From assembly GCF_000283555.1 (NCBI RefSeq), contig NC_016012.1, positions 1,170,001 through 1,202,000 on the forward strand: a stretch of DNA of 32,000 nt, written 5' to 3'. The translations under genes and the position numbers were made by a program. Positions 8,985 to 18,817 of this stretch are shown here, piece by piece. Source of the stretch: Candidatus Arthromitus sp. SFB-rat-Yit. Lineage in GTDB: Bacteria; Bacillota; Clostridia; Clostridiales; Clostridiaceae. Each line of letters opens with the position of its first letter. Positions within the stretch are counted from its first letter, which is position 1. Under the pieces are notes generated by a model. That model was not told the origin of the DNA and made no database searches. It saw only the letters and a list, made by a program, of their open reading frames with translations.

Positions 8985-10205
8985 TTAAATTAATGCTGTA
9001 ACTACAATGTGAGTATATAAATTATTCATAAATCTCAATGTATTTCTTACTCTATCTTTTTCATATAAACTATAAACATACGTACTTGAATCATCAAAAG
9101 TAAATCTAAGTTTAGATAAATCATAACTCAAAATTTTATTTAAAAGCTCAAGATCCTCTTTTGAGTTAATTTTAATTTTAAATTCATGAACTGAAATTCC
9201 TTTTTCATCATATTTACTTTGATCTTTATAGCTAACCTCCAAATCTAAAGATTCATTTCCTAAAACTATGTCCGCCTTAGTTATAAGTTTACCAAGATTT
9301 CTTGAAGTAACACTCAATCCTAAAGTTATAAAATCATTATTCTTGTCTCCATCTAATTCTATAAATGGTGAAATATATACAGATTTAGGAGTATCATTTG
9401 GTAATTCTACTTGATAATCGAGTGCATGTACAATTCGTTTTATATTTCCACTCGATACACTTTTTATATCTTCATACATCTTATCTTCTGTTTTATTTGC
9501 AAATATTGGAAACATGCCTAATATAGTTTCAATATCCCTATTACTATCCTCGCTTTGAGCTAACACAGCTTGTTCAACTTTTGTAAATTCTTCATATAAA
9601 CCATTTATATACTCTATTTTTTCAGAATCATATTCCTCTCTTAATTCTGCAACACCAAAATTATTTAAATTTTGAAATTCTGGCGTAGTTCCAATTTTAT
9701 ATGAAAATTCACGAAAAGAATTCTCGCCAAACATCATTTTACTTACTTCATGTCTTGCAGAATTTTTATCATTTAATTTTTCATTTTCTTCTTCAATTTT
9801 TCCTATCCAATAATTACTCTCCTCATCGCTTGGGGATTTATTAAATAATAATTTATATATCATATCTATAAATTCTTTATCACTAACATCTTTTGATAAA
9901 AATTCTTCTCCCGTTACTAAAGAAATCATATAATTATATAATGATTCATTATGATTTCCAAGTAAATAACTCCAATACTCAATACCTGTATCATCTAAAT
10001 TATTCCTATTTAAAAAAACCTCATAACTCTTTACCACAAAATCATTCACAGAATTATATATTGGTCCAGAATCAACATTAGTTTCAATATTAACATTTAC
10101 TCCAGTATTATCACTATTTTCAGCATTAACCTTAATTAAACTAAAGCCGAATAATAAACAAATAAGTGAACTAGATAATATTTTACAAAATTTCCTCCTT
10201 AGCAT
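8985..10205 (-). CDS. Secreted protein with two DUF4214-like repeats and an unknown C-terminal domain
   Basis: Start is reassigned to ATG 10205, giving MLRRKFCKILSSSLICLLFGFSLIKVNA-ENS, a signal peptide. AGGAGG precedes it and it lies 13 nt after the aroB stop. The two DUF4214-like repeats are FVVKSYEVFLNRNNLDDTGIEYWSYLL and FIDMIYKLLFNKSPSDEESNYWIGKI. The track start at 10259 would overlap aroB. Confidence 0.65.
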   Translation of the reverse strand: MLRRKFCKILSSSLICLLFGFSLIKVNAENSDNTGVNVNIETNVDSGPIYNSVNDFVVKSYEVFLNRNNLDDTGIEYWSYLLGNHNESLYNYMISLVTGEEFLSKDVSDKEFIDMIYKLLFNKSPSDEESNYWIGKIEEENEKLNDKNSARHEVSKMMFGENSFREFSYKIGTTPEFQNLNNFGVAELREEYDSEKIEYINGLYEEFTKVEQAVLAQSEDSNRDIETILGMFPIFANKTEDKMYEDIKSVSSGNIKRIVHALDYQVELPNDTPKSVYISPFIELDGDKNNDFITLGLSVTSRNLGKLITKADIVLGNESLDLEVSYKDQSKYDEKGISVHEFKIKINSKEDLELLNKILSYDLSKLRFTFDDSSTYVYSLYEKDRVRNTLRFMNNLYTHIVVTALI

Positions 10206-10218
10206 AATTCCTCCTTGA

Positions 10219-11289
10219 TTAAAAATGATAATTTGAAAGTTTAAACCCTCTAACTTCATCCAATGAAAACATATACTCTTCTACCTTTGATGGAGAAATT
10301 GGAAAAATAAAGCTAATCTTCTTAGATTTATTTTTCTTGTCCATTAATAATGCTTCATAAAATCTATCTTCATCTAAAATACTATTGTCAAATTTTATAT
10401 CAAATCTTCTTAAAATTTCATATATAAATTTAAAATACGCCTCATCTATTAAATTAAGTTTCAGTGCAAGTAAGCACTCATAATACATTCCTATAATTAC
10501 AGCTTCACCATGAGTATAAACTGAATAATTAGTAACACTCTCTATCGCATGCCCTATAGTATGTCCATGATTCAAAATTTTCCTAATTGAAGTATCATAC
10601 TCATCTTGACTTATGATATTAATTTTAAACTCGCAACTTCTTTTTACTATCTCACGTATAATGTTAATATTCCCATTTAATATATCTATAAGATTTTTAT
10701 CTATATAGTTTAAAAACCCATACTCGCATATTATACCATATTTTAAAACTTCAGCTAATCCAGAAATTATTTCTCTCTTCGGTAATGATGTTAAAAAATT
10801 ATTATCTATAACAACAAAATGTGGTTGATTAAATGTTCCAATTAAATTCTTACACCCTGAAATATTAACAGCATTTTTACCACCAATCGAACTATCAACT
10901 TGAGCAAGAATGGTTGTTGGGATATTTATAAATTGTATACCTCTCATATATATAGATGCAACAAATCCTACTATATCTCCAACAATCCCCCCGCCAATTC
11001 CAATTAAAATAGAATCTCTTAAATACCCCTTATCACTAAGCATTTTTACAATTTCTGTTACCATAATTATATTTTTATTCTTTTCAATACAATCAATCAA
11101 ATAAATATCATGGTCTAAATCAATGATTAATTCCCTCAAATATGTACTATAAAACCTTTCATAAACTATCTTATCTATAATAAAAAAACATCTCTTGCCT
11201 CTAATTATATCTTTAAGATTTTTAAAAGAACCTTCTCCTATTAATACTTCACATTTTCTTTGCTTTAGTTCAAGAATGAGTTTTTCCAA
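10219..11289 (-). CDS. aroB: 3-dehydroquinate synthase
   Basis: Nucleotide-binding GIGGGIVGDIVGF, metal and substrate motifs ILNHGHTIGHAIE and HGEAVIIG, and a length of 356 aa. The TTG start at 11289 has GGAGG 10 nt upstream inside the aroC 3' end, giving a 25-nt overlap. Confidence 0.9.
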   Translation of the reverse strand: MEKLILELKQRKCEVLIGEGSFKNLKDIIRGKRCFFIIDKIVYERFYSTYLRELIIDLDHDIYLIDCIEKNKNIIMVTEIVKMLSDKGYLRDSILIGIGGGIVGDIVGFVASIYMRGIQFINIPTTILAQVDSSIGGKNAVNISGCKNLIGTFNQPHFVVIDNNFLTSLPKREIISGLAEVLKYGIICEYGFLNYIDKNLIDILNGNINIIREIVKRSCEFKINIISQDEYDTSIRKILNHGHTIGHAIESVTNYSVYTHGEAVIIGMYYECLLALKLNLIDEAYFKFIYEILRRFDIKFDNSILDEDRFYEALLMDKKNKSKKISFIFPISPSKVEEYMFSLDEVRGFKLSNYHF

Positions 11290-12398
11290 TTTCTTAATAC
11301 CTCCTTCAAACTATCTCCAGAGAACTTTCTTAAAAACTCCTGACATATAACAGTCATAGCAACACTCTCAGAAATAATTGATGCTGAAGGCACAACCGTG
11401 CAATCACTTCTTTCAATACTTGCACATTCAATCTCTTTTGATGATATATTTACGCTCTTTATAGGTTTATAAAGTGTCGGAATGGGTTTATGGTAACATC
11501 TAATCACAATTTCTTCTCCATTACTCATACCCCCTTCAATACCACCTGCTCTATTAGTTTTTCTTCTGTAATTTCCATTTCTATATTCAATTGCATCATG
11601 TGAATTTGATCCTTTATCTATAAAAGTTTCTAATCCATCACCAAATTCTATAGCCTTCATGGAGTTAACACTTATAAGTGCAGCTGCCAATAATCCATCT
11701 AACTTACGATCATAATGAACATAGCTTCCAATTCCTACAGGTACATTTTTAATCCTGATCTCATAGGATCCTCCTATTGTATCACCTTGAGATTTTATAC
11801 GATCAATTAAAGATTTTATATCATCGATCCTTTTATTATCTAAAAATCTGAATTCATATTCATCACTTCTCTTAATTTCTTCAAAACAATATGTATTACT
11901 ATTCCTAATATCTCCTATAGATAAAACATGAGATGCACTGTCTATATTAAAATTTCTCAAAACTTGTATACAAATAGCCCCAATAGCTAATCTAGTTGCA
12001 GTTTCTCTTGCACTACTTCTTTCAAGCACATTTCTACAATCATCAAAATCATATTTGATTATTCCACTTAAATCAGCATGACCAGGTCTTGGTTTTAAAA
12101 CCTTTTTAGATGAAATATCACAGTTCATAGGATCCATATATTTCTCCCAATTTTTATAATCATAATTTTTTATAAAAAATGATATAGGGGATCCTAATGT
12201 CTTTGAATTCCTAATTCCAGATATAAATTCAATTTTATCATTCTCAATTTTCATCCTATTTCCACGCCCATAAAAAGACTGTCTTTTTTTTAAAAGATCA
12301 TTTATTTCATCTACATCTATGTACACATTAGATGGCAAACCCTCTATAACCCCAACAAGACCTTTACCATGTGACTCGCCAGCAGTAAAATATCTCAT
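11265..12398 (-). CDS. aroC: Chorismate synthase
   Basis: Canonical N-terminus MRYFTAGESHG from ATG 12398, plus RPGHADL and RSSARETA motifs. The track start at GTG 12410 adds four residues that look non-native. Confidence 0.9.
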   Translation of the reverse strand: MRYFTAGESHGKGLVGVIEGLPSNVYIDVDEINDLLKKRQSFYGRGNRMKIENDKIEFISGIRNSKTLGSPISFFIKNYDYKNWEKYMDPMNCDISSKKVLKPRPGHADLSGIIKYDFDDCRNVLERSSARETATRLAIGAICIQVLRNFNIDSASHVLSIGDIRNSNTYCFEEIKRSDEYEFRFLDNKRIDDIKSLIDRIKSQGDTIGGSYEIRIKNVPVGIGSYVHYDRKLDGLLAAALISVNSMKAIEFGDGLETFIDKGSNSHDAIEYRNGNYRRKTNRAGGIEGGMSNGEEIVIRCYHKPIPTLYKPIKSVNISSKEIECASIERSDCTVVPSASIISESVAMTVICQEFLRKFSGDSLKEVLRNWKNSFLN

Positions 12399-12411
12399 AT
12401 AAATAAACACC

Positions 12412-13686
12412 CTACCTCAAAATATAATTTAAAATTTCATAGAAACTTGGAAAAGATATATCAACGCAAGATTTATTTATAATCTTTATATCTTCACCAC
12501 TTAAAACCGATAATATCATAAATGCCATAGCTATTCTGTGATCATTATAACTATTAACCTCACACCCTTTTATATTTCCTCCACCAACTATCCTAATTCC
12601 ATCTTCAAATTCATAAATTTCAATTCCAAGTTTAACAAATCCATCTACTATACTCTTTACTCTATTGCTCTCCTTATATTTAAGTTCTTCTATATTTTTA
12701 ATTATAGTTTCACCTTTTGCAAATGCAGCAAGCACACAAATAATTGGTATTTCATCAATAAGTGTAGGTATAATATCTCCTTCTATTAAAGTACCAAATA
12801 AGGAAGATGTGCCACGCACTTTTATATCGCACACTTCCTCAAAATAATTAAAATGAACATTTATAAATTCAATATCTGCTCCCATACTTCTTAAAACATT
12901 AATTATACCTGTTCTTGTTTCATTAATCCCTACATCTTTAATTAGAAGTTCTGATCCATCAATACAAGATGCTAGAACCATAAAAAAACTTGCAGATGAT
13001 ATATCTCCAGGAATTGAAATTTCTCGTGCTTCCATCTCCCCTCTTTGAATTGAAATAACATTTTTATCAATTTGAATATTCCCACCAAAGTAGTTAATCA
13101 TTCGCTCAGTATGATCTCTTGTCTTTACATTTTCAATAATTTTTGTTATACCATCACAATATAATCCTGCAAATAAAATACATGATTTTACCTGTGCACT
13201 ATCAATTTCCATATTATAAGAAATTGAATTTAATTTTCTCCCAGAAATATTTAAAGGTGCAAATTTATCTTTTTTAAGAGAATAAATTCCTGCTCCCATA
13301 AGAGATAAGGGTTTTATTATTCTATCCATTGGTCTAGCCCTTAAAGATTCATCTCCATCAATGATTGAATCAAAGCTACTTCCACTTAAAATACCGCTCA
13401 TTATTCTAATTGTTGTCCCAGAATTTTTAGCATCTAACACATCATCATATTTTTTCAAAGAATATAATCCATTCCCAAACACCTTAATTCTAGAATCATC
13501 AATTTCAATTTTGACCCCCAAATTTTTAAGACACTCCATCGTTGCTAAGGAATCTTTGCTAAATAAGAATTTATGTATTACACTAACCCCATTTGATATA
13601 GACGAAATCATAAGAGCTCTATGAGATATTGATTTATCTCCTGGAATATTTATTACAGATTTTATTTTCTTACTTCTTATATTCAC
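12412..13686 (-). CDS. aroA: 3-phosphoshikimate 1-carboxyvinyltransferase (EPSP synthase)
   Basis: IPGDKSISHRALM motif, NSGTTIR, RPMDRI and YNDHRIAMAF, with a length of 424 aa. The GTG start at 13686 is preceded by AGGAG. Confidence 0.9.
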   Translation of the reverse strand: MNIRSKKIKSVINIPGDKSISHRALMISSISNGVSVIHKFLFSKDSLATMECLKNLGVKIEIDDSRIKVFGNGLYSLKKYDDVLDAKNSGTTIRIMSGILSGSSFDSIIDGDESLRARPMDRIIKPLSLMGAGIYSLKKDKFAPLNISGRKLNSISYNMEIDSAQVKSCILFAGLYCDGITKIIENVKTRDHTERMINYFGGNIQIDKNVISIQRGEMEAREISIPGDISSASFFMVLASCIDGSELLIKDVGINETRTGIINVLRSMGADIEFINVHFNYFEEVCDIKVRGTSSLFGTLIEGDIIPTLIDEIPIICVLAAFAKGETIIKNIEELKYKESNRVKSIVDGFVKLGIEIYEFEDGIRIVGGGNIKGCEVNSYNDHRIAMAFMILSVLSGEDIKIINKSCVDISFPSFYEILNYILR

Positions 13687-13706
13687 AACTTATCTCCTAA
13701 ATAAAT

Positions 13707-14702
13707 TTAAAATAAACTCTTCCTTATCTTATGTATTTTCTTATTCATATTATAGAATCGTTTGAATTTTAGTGACTGACACCCATCAGATAATGCATTT
13801 TCAGGGTCATTATGAACTTCAACCATAATTCCATCACATCCAGCTGAAACAGATGCCAACGCAAGGGATTCAACCAAATCAAATCTCCCAGATGCATGAC
13901 TAGGATCAACTATTATAGGAAGATGTGATAATTTCTTAATGACAGGAACAGCTGATATATCTAAAGTATTTCTCGTACTTTTTTCAAAAGTTCTAATTCC
14001 TCGCTCACAAAGTATAACGTTCATATTCCCTCCAGATACGATATACTCAGCACTTAATAAAAACTCTTCAATTGTCGCACTAAACCCCCTTTTTAATAAA
14101 ATAGGTTTATTGCACTTACCAAGCTTCTTCAATAATTCAAAATTCTGCATATTTCGTGCTCCAACCTGAAAAATATCCACATATTCATTAAATACTTCTA
14201 TATCTTCTGTCGATACAATTTCACTAACAAGCTTCAAGTCCAACTCAAGGGTAATTCTCCTCATAATTTTTAAAGCATCTTTACCAATTCCCTGAAAAAA
14301 ATAAGGGGAAGTTCGAGGTTTAAATGCACCGCCTCTTACTATCTTGACTCCGAATTCTTTTAAATTTTTTGCTATTTCCATAAAACCATCTTCATTTTCA
14401 AAAGAACAAGGTCCACCTATTGTTTCAAAATGTTCTCCACCTATCTTAACATTCCCAATATGTACAATAGTATCCTCTTTCTTAAACTCTCTGCTAACAA
14501 ATTTATAAGGTTTATTAACTTGAACCATTTCTCTAATTCCATCAATATTTTTCAATATAAATTCCTTATCAATATCTTCTGAAATATATATACCTTTGTA
14601 ATTTTCCCCAAAATTAAAATGTGAAAAATTTATTTCAGAAATATATATTATTTTGTCTAAAGCATCCTCTATATCTATATCCTTCTCAAAAAATATGATC
14701 AT
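13707..14702 (-). CDS. aroF: DAHP synthase, type I-beta with N-terminal ferredoxin-like regulatory domain (Thermotoga type)
   Basis: Near-collinear with the T. maritima DAHPS sequence as I recall it: KPYKFVSREFKKEDT, GGPCSFE, VRGGAFKPRTSPYFFQG, LLKRGFSATIEEFLLSAEYI, ILCERGIRTFEKSTRNTLDISAVP and VDPSHASG. An extra N-terminal domain of about 65 aa precedes KPYK. Confidence 0.9.
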   Translation of the reverse strand: MIIFFEKDIDIEDALDKIIYISEINFSHFNFGENYKGIYISEDIDKEFILKNIDGIREMVQVNKPYKFVSREFKKEDTIVHIGNVKIGGEHFETIGGPCSFENEDGFMEIAKNLKEFGVKIVRGGAFKPRTSPYFFQGIGKDALKIMRRITLELDLKLVSEIVSTEDIEVFNEYVDIFQVGARNMQNFELLKKLGKCNKPILLKRGFSATIEEFLLSAEYIVSGGNMNVILCERGIRTFEKSTRNTLDISAVPVIKKLSHLPIIVDPSHASGRFDLVESLALASVSAGCDGIMVEVHNDPENALSDGCQSLKFKRFYNMNKKIHKIRKSLF

Positions 14703-14809
14703 ATACTTATATTCTCCTATTTAATTTCTTTTCAAAACAATTGCTATAATTTTACTCTCTTGAGATATTTTTTTCAATTTATTTATTTCTTTAAATATTT
14801 TTTGTGAAT

Positions 14810-14837
14810 TTATCATCCATGTTTTTTATGTTAAAAT
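14810..14837 (+). promoter_or_regulatory. Candidate sigma-70-type promoter for nrdJ
   Basis: TTATCA (14810-14815), a 16-nt spacer, then an extended -10 TGtTAAAAT (14829-14837). This would leave a leader of about 25 nt before ATG 14870. AT-rich background makes chance matches common. Confidence 0.3.
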
Positions 14838-14869
14838 ATTTTCACGTTAGTTTTAAAAAGGTGGTTACT

Positions 14870-17851
14870 ATGGAAAATATTAAAAATGTTTTTATAAGAC
14901 ATTTCACTCAAATACTTGAAAATAACAAAGACAAAGATGTATTTAGTTTATTTAAATGGAAAAAGGTAAATGTTCTACTTAAAGATTATAAAACTGGAAA
15001 TACAATTTATGATATGAAAAACTTAGAGTTCCCTGAGCATTTTTCACAGACTGCTTGCGATATAATAGCTACAAAATATTTTAGAAAAAGTGGTGTTCCA
15101 AATGATTGTGGAATGGAAAACTCTTTTAAAATGATTGTACATAGACTTGTAAGTTTTTGGATATCATCTCTAAAAGATCTAGGATTAATTAAAAATAAGC
15201 AAGAAGAACAAATATTTTATGACGAAACTGCATACGCACTAATCGATCAAAAATTTGCACCAAATTCACCACAGTGGTTCAATACAGGACTTGCATTATC
15301 TTATGGTATAAAAGGAGAACCTCAAAACACATATTACTACGATATAAATGAGAAAAAAGTTGTTAAATCAATAGATTCTTACACAAGAACTCAAGCATCC
15401 GCATGCTTTATTTTATCAATTGAAGACAAGCTTTTAGGTCCACACTCCATCTCTGAGCATTACGTAACAGAAACTAAATTGTTTAAATTTGGATCAGGAA
15501 CAGGAACAAATTTCTCAAATATACGAGCAACTGGAGAAAAATTATCTGGTGGAGGATCATCATCAGGTCTTATGAGTTTTTTGAAAGGTCTTGATAAAAA
15601 TGCAGGTGCAATAAAATCTGGCGGAACAACAAGAAGAGCTGCAAAAATGGTTTGTCTTGATTTAGATCATCCAGAAATCGAAGATTTTATAAATTGGAAA
15701 TCTATCGAAGAAGATAAAGTGCGTGCGCTTGTAAAAATGGGATATGATGGAGCATTTGAGGGTGATGCCTACAATACAGTATCAGGTCAAAATTCCAACA
15801 ATTCAGTTAAAATAACAGATGAGTTCATGATGAAGGTTGAAAATTTAAAAAACGACCCCGACTCTAAAATAATACTAAAAGGTAGAATCGATACATCCGT
15901 AAATAAAGAAATAAGCACTAAACATCTATGGAATATGTTTAATGAAGCATCGCATAAATGTGCAGACCCTGCTCCTCTTTTTGATGATACGTTCAATGCT
16001 TGGCACACTTGCCCCGCCGGAGAAGATGGAGTATATAACGCAAAATATAATAGAATAAACTCTACAAATCCATGTGCTGAATATGCATTTTTAGATGATA
16101 CATCATGTAATCTTGCTTCAATAAATATTTTAAAATTTTATGATGAAAATAATCAAATGTTTAAAATAGATCAATACTTACATATGATTAGAATCTCTCA
16201 ACTAATTTTAGAAGCATCAATACATTTTGGACAATTCCCAACAGAAGACATCGCAAGAAAAACTCATATGTTTAGAACAACAGGTCTTGGAATATGCAAC
16301 ATAGCTTCACTGCTTATGATTATGGGTATACCTTATGACTCAGATGAAGCCAGATGTTTTACATCAAGCATAATCGGTATATTAACAGGAGAAAGTTACT
16401 TCATATCATCTATTATGTCAAAAGAAATAGGAGTATTTGAGAAATACTCCATAAACAAAAAATACATGTTAAGAGTTATTAGGAATCATGCCCGTGTTGC
16501 TGGATATTTAAAAGATGAATTCGAGAATTTAAACTATACTCCAATAAAAATTGACCATGACTTATTAAATAAAATGGGATTAAAATACATATCAACTTGT
16601 TTAAAAAATGTTTGGAAATCTGCTTATAATTCAGGTGAAAAATATGGTTATAGAAATGCTCAAGTATCTGTAATTGCTCCAACAGGTACAATTTCATTTG
16701 CGATGGACGCTGCATCAACATCAATCGAACCATTTTTCTCCCATATAGTCTATAAAAAACTATCAGGTGGAGGACATTTAACACTTTCAAATCCAATGAT
16801 TGCATCCGCTCTCAAAAATTTGAAATACTCGGATGATCAAATTAGAGATATACTTGCTTATATTGAAAGAACTGAAACTGTTGAATCTAATGGATTTAAA
16901 TACGAAAAATTAATTGATGGAAAAATAGAAGGTGCTCCTCATCTAAAAGAAGAACATTTAAAAATATTTGATACTGCTAACACATGTGGAACAGGTATAA
17001 GATTCATATCACCAGAAGGACACGTAAAAATGGTTGCAGCAATTACCCCACTTGTTTCTGGATCAATTTCAAAAACTATTAATCTTCCAAATAATTCAAC
17101 AGTTGAAGACTTTAAGGAAATGACAATGCTTAGTTGGAAACTTGGCGTAAAAGGAATTTCTCTATATCGTGATGGAAGTAAATTCGCCCAGCCACTGAAT
17201 AAAAATCTAGAAGATATTAATAATGACGAAAATTTAAACAACTTAAATTATAATGAGCTATTAATATTAGCTAAAAATATGAAAGAATCATTAAAGCACA
17301 ATCCAAAGAGAAATAAGCCAATTGGGATAAGAAGTGGTACAACTCACCCTGCCGAAATTGAGGATATAAAAATATACACAACAGTAAATAGAAATACAAA
17401 CAATGAAATATGCGAAATCTATATAACAACAGATAGAGAAGGAACTATCATAATGGGATTATTAAATTCATTATCAAAATCCCTTTCTGTAATGCTTCAA
17501 CATAAAGTTTCTCCTCAAGATATTTCGTCAATGCTTAGAGGTCAAAAATATGAACCACATGGTTTTGTAAAAAAACACCCCTACATAAAACACGCATCCT
17601 CAATATCTGATTTAATATCAAAAATAATTGATATTGAATTAAATGATTATAGATTTTGTCAGGTTAAACCATCTGATTATGAAGATAAAGACAATGATTA
17701 CAATTCTTCAGATTTAAAGCACAAACAAGATTCATCTGACTATGAAAAAATCTACAATAAAATATGTTCTAACTGTTCAAGTGTAAAAATGTTTAAAAAC
17801 GGAACATGTTATGTATGTGCTGATTGTGGTTCAACGACAGGATGTAGCTAA
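14870..17851 (+). CDS. nrdJ: Adenosylcobalamin-dependent (class II) ribonucleotide reductase
   Basis: Active-site thiyl-Cys motif STNPCAEYAF. Other class II/large-subunit blocks are FAPNSPQWFNTG, SACFILSIED, GSGTGTNFSNIR and GGTTRRAAKM. The C-terminal Cys-rich tail is CSNCSS...CYVCADCGSTTGCS. Start is set to ATG 14870 (AAGGTGG SD); the track GTG 14804 extension lies in the promoter region. Confidence 0.9.
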   Translation: MENIKNVFIRHFTQILENNKDKDVFSLFKWKKVNVLLKDYKTGNTIYDMKNLEFPEHFSQTACDIIATKYFRKSGVPNDCGMENSFKMIVHRLVSFWISSLKDLGLIKNKQEEQIFYDETAYALIDQKFAPNSPQWFNTGLALSYGIKGEPQNTYYYDINEKKVVKSIDSYTRTQASACFILSIEDKLLGPHSISEHYVTETKLFKFGSGTGTNFSNIRATGEKLSGGGSSSGLMSFLKGLDKNAGAIKSGGTTRRAAKMVCLDLDHPEIEDFINWKSIEEDKVRALVKMGYDGAFEGDAYNTVSGQNSNNSVKITDEFMMKVENLKNDPDSKIILKGRIDTSVNKEISTKHLWNMFNEASHKCADPAPLFDDTFNAWHTCPAGEDGVYNAKYNRINSTNPCAEYAFLDDTSCNLASINILKFYDENNQMFKIDQYLHMIRISQLILEASIHFGQFPTEDIARKTHMFRTTGLGICNIASLLMIMGIPYDSDEARCFTSSIIGILTGESYFISSIMSKEIGVFEKYSINKKYMLRVIRNHARVAGYLKDEFENLNYTPIKIDHDLLNKMGLKYISTCLKNVWKSAYNSGEKYGYRNAQVSVIAPTGTISFAMDAASTSIEPFFSHIVYKKLSGGGHLTLSNPMIASALKNLKYSDDQIRDILAYIERTETVESNGFKYEKLIDGKIEGAPHLKEEHLKIFDTANTCGTGIRFISPEGHVKMVAAITPLVSGSISKTINLPNNSTVEDFKEMTMLSWKLGVKGISLYRDGSKFAQPLNKNLEDINNDENLNNLNYNELLILAKNMKESLKHNPKRNKPIGIRSGTTHPAEIEDIKIYTTVNRNTNNEICEIYITTDREGTIIMGLLNSLSKSLSVMLQHKVSPQDISSMLRGQKYEPHGFVKKHPYIKHASSISDLISKIIDIELNDYRFCQVKPSDYEDKDNDYNSSDLKHKQDSSDYEKIYNKICSNCSSVKMFKNGTCYVCADCGSTTGCS

Positions 17852-17923
17852 ATAATATTAGTATAATAATTTAATAAATTTATAAATATATTAAACTTAG
17901 AACAATATCTAAGGATTTAAATC

Positions 17924-18814
17924 ATGCCAAAATCTTTTCTAAAAGGAACATATTATGTCCCTAAAGACATTAATGAAAACCCTTATTCTATTTTAAAGAA
18001 TGCAAACAAAAATAATTTGAATTTTATAATAATTGAATACAGTAACAAATACCTGTTCGATGGTTTATCAAATGATAAAATATCTAGACTCAACTACATA
18101 CAGGATAAAATCGATTCATTTGAAAAAAAATATAGAAACACGGTAGGTATCATTTGTTTTAAATGTCATTCAATTATAGGTCCAATTAGGATTCTATTAT
18201 CAAAAAGCATTTTTAAGGGAGATATATTTAAACTAAAAAATTTTTATTTATGGTGCTATTTAAATAATCCAACTCTAATACTTTCAAACAATAGTTTTAT
18301 GCAAATATACAATGAAAACACAAAAAAATATTTCACATTATATAATGATAACTTTTTAAAATCTATAGATAATTATTTGAATTTATTAAATTTAGGTATA
18401 AACGTAACTCCTATATATGTAAATAATGGTTTTATATTTATAAGAAATAAATCTAATAATGTATTTGATTTCAGAAATTTAAAACAATATATAAGTTCTC
18501 AAATCAAAAACGGAAATTTCTACATTTCAAATTCAGATAAATTATATTTAGATTATACTCTCTCCACCTCAAATCTTAGTGATAAACAATATATTTCTCT
18601 AAACATAAAATTAAGTAGTACTAATTTCTCAAATAAAAAATTAGTACTACTTAATAATAAACATGACTTTATAATAGATCAAAATCTATACAGCCTAAAA
18701 AATATATCCTATAATGTTGATATAAAAAAAGGTACAAACAAGTTCTTTATACTTAGGATTTTATCCCATAATAACTTATTTGCACTAACTTCTCCAATTT
18801 ATATTGATATTTAA
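17924..18814 (+). CDS. Hypothetical protein, possibly a degenerate PHP-domain-like protein
   Basis: 296-aa ORF with AAGGA upstream of the ATG and no terminator in the 72-bp spacer after nrdJ. The ends loosely resemble PHP/CehA-type phosphoesterases (LKGxxHxH..., ...ITDHN, ...TNPIY), but the expected His/Asp ligands are absent: LKGTYYVPKD, FIIIEYSN and C-terminal LTSPIYIDI. The family call is tentative. Confidence 0.5.
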   Translation: MPKSFLKGTYYVPKDINENPYSILKNANKNNLNFIIIEYSNKYLFDGLSNDKISRLNYIQDKIDSFEKKYRNTVGIICFKCHSIIGPIRILLSKSIFKGDIFKLKNFYLWCYLNNPTLILSNNSFMQIYNENTKKYFTLYNDNFLKSIDNYLNLLNLGINVTPIYVNNGFIFIRNKSNNVFDFRNLKQYISSQIKNGNFYISNSDKLYLDYTLSTSNLSDKQYISLNIKLSSTNFSNKKLVLLNNKHDFIIDQNLYSLKNISYNVDIKKGTNKFFILRILSHNNLFALTSPIYIDI

Positions 18815-18817
18815 TGG

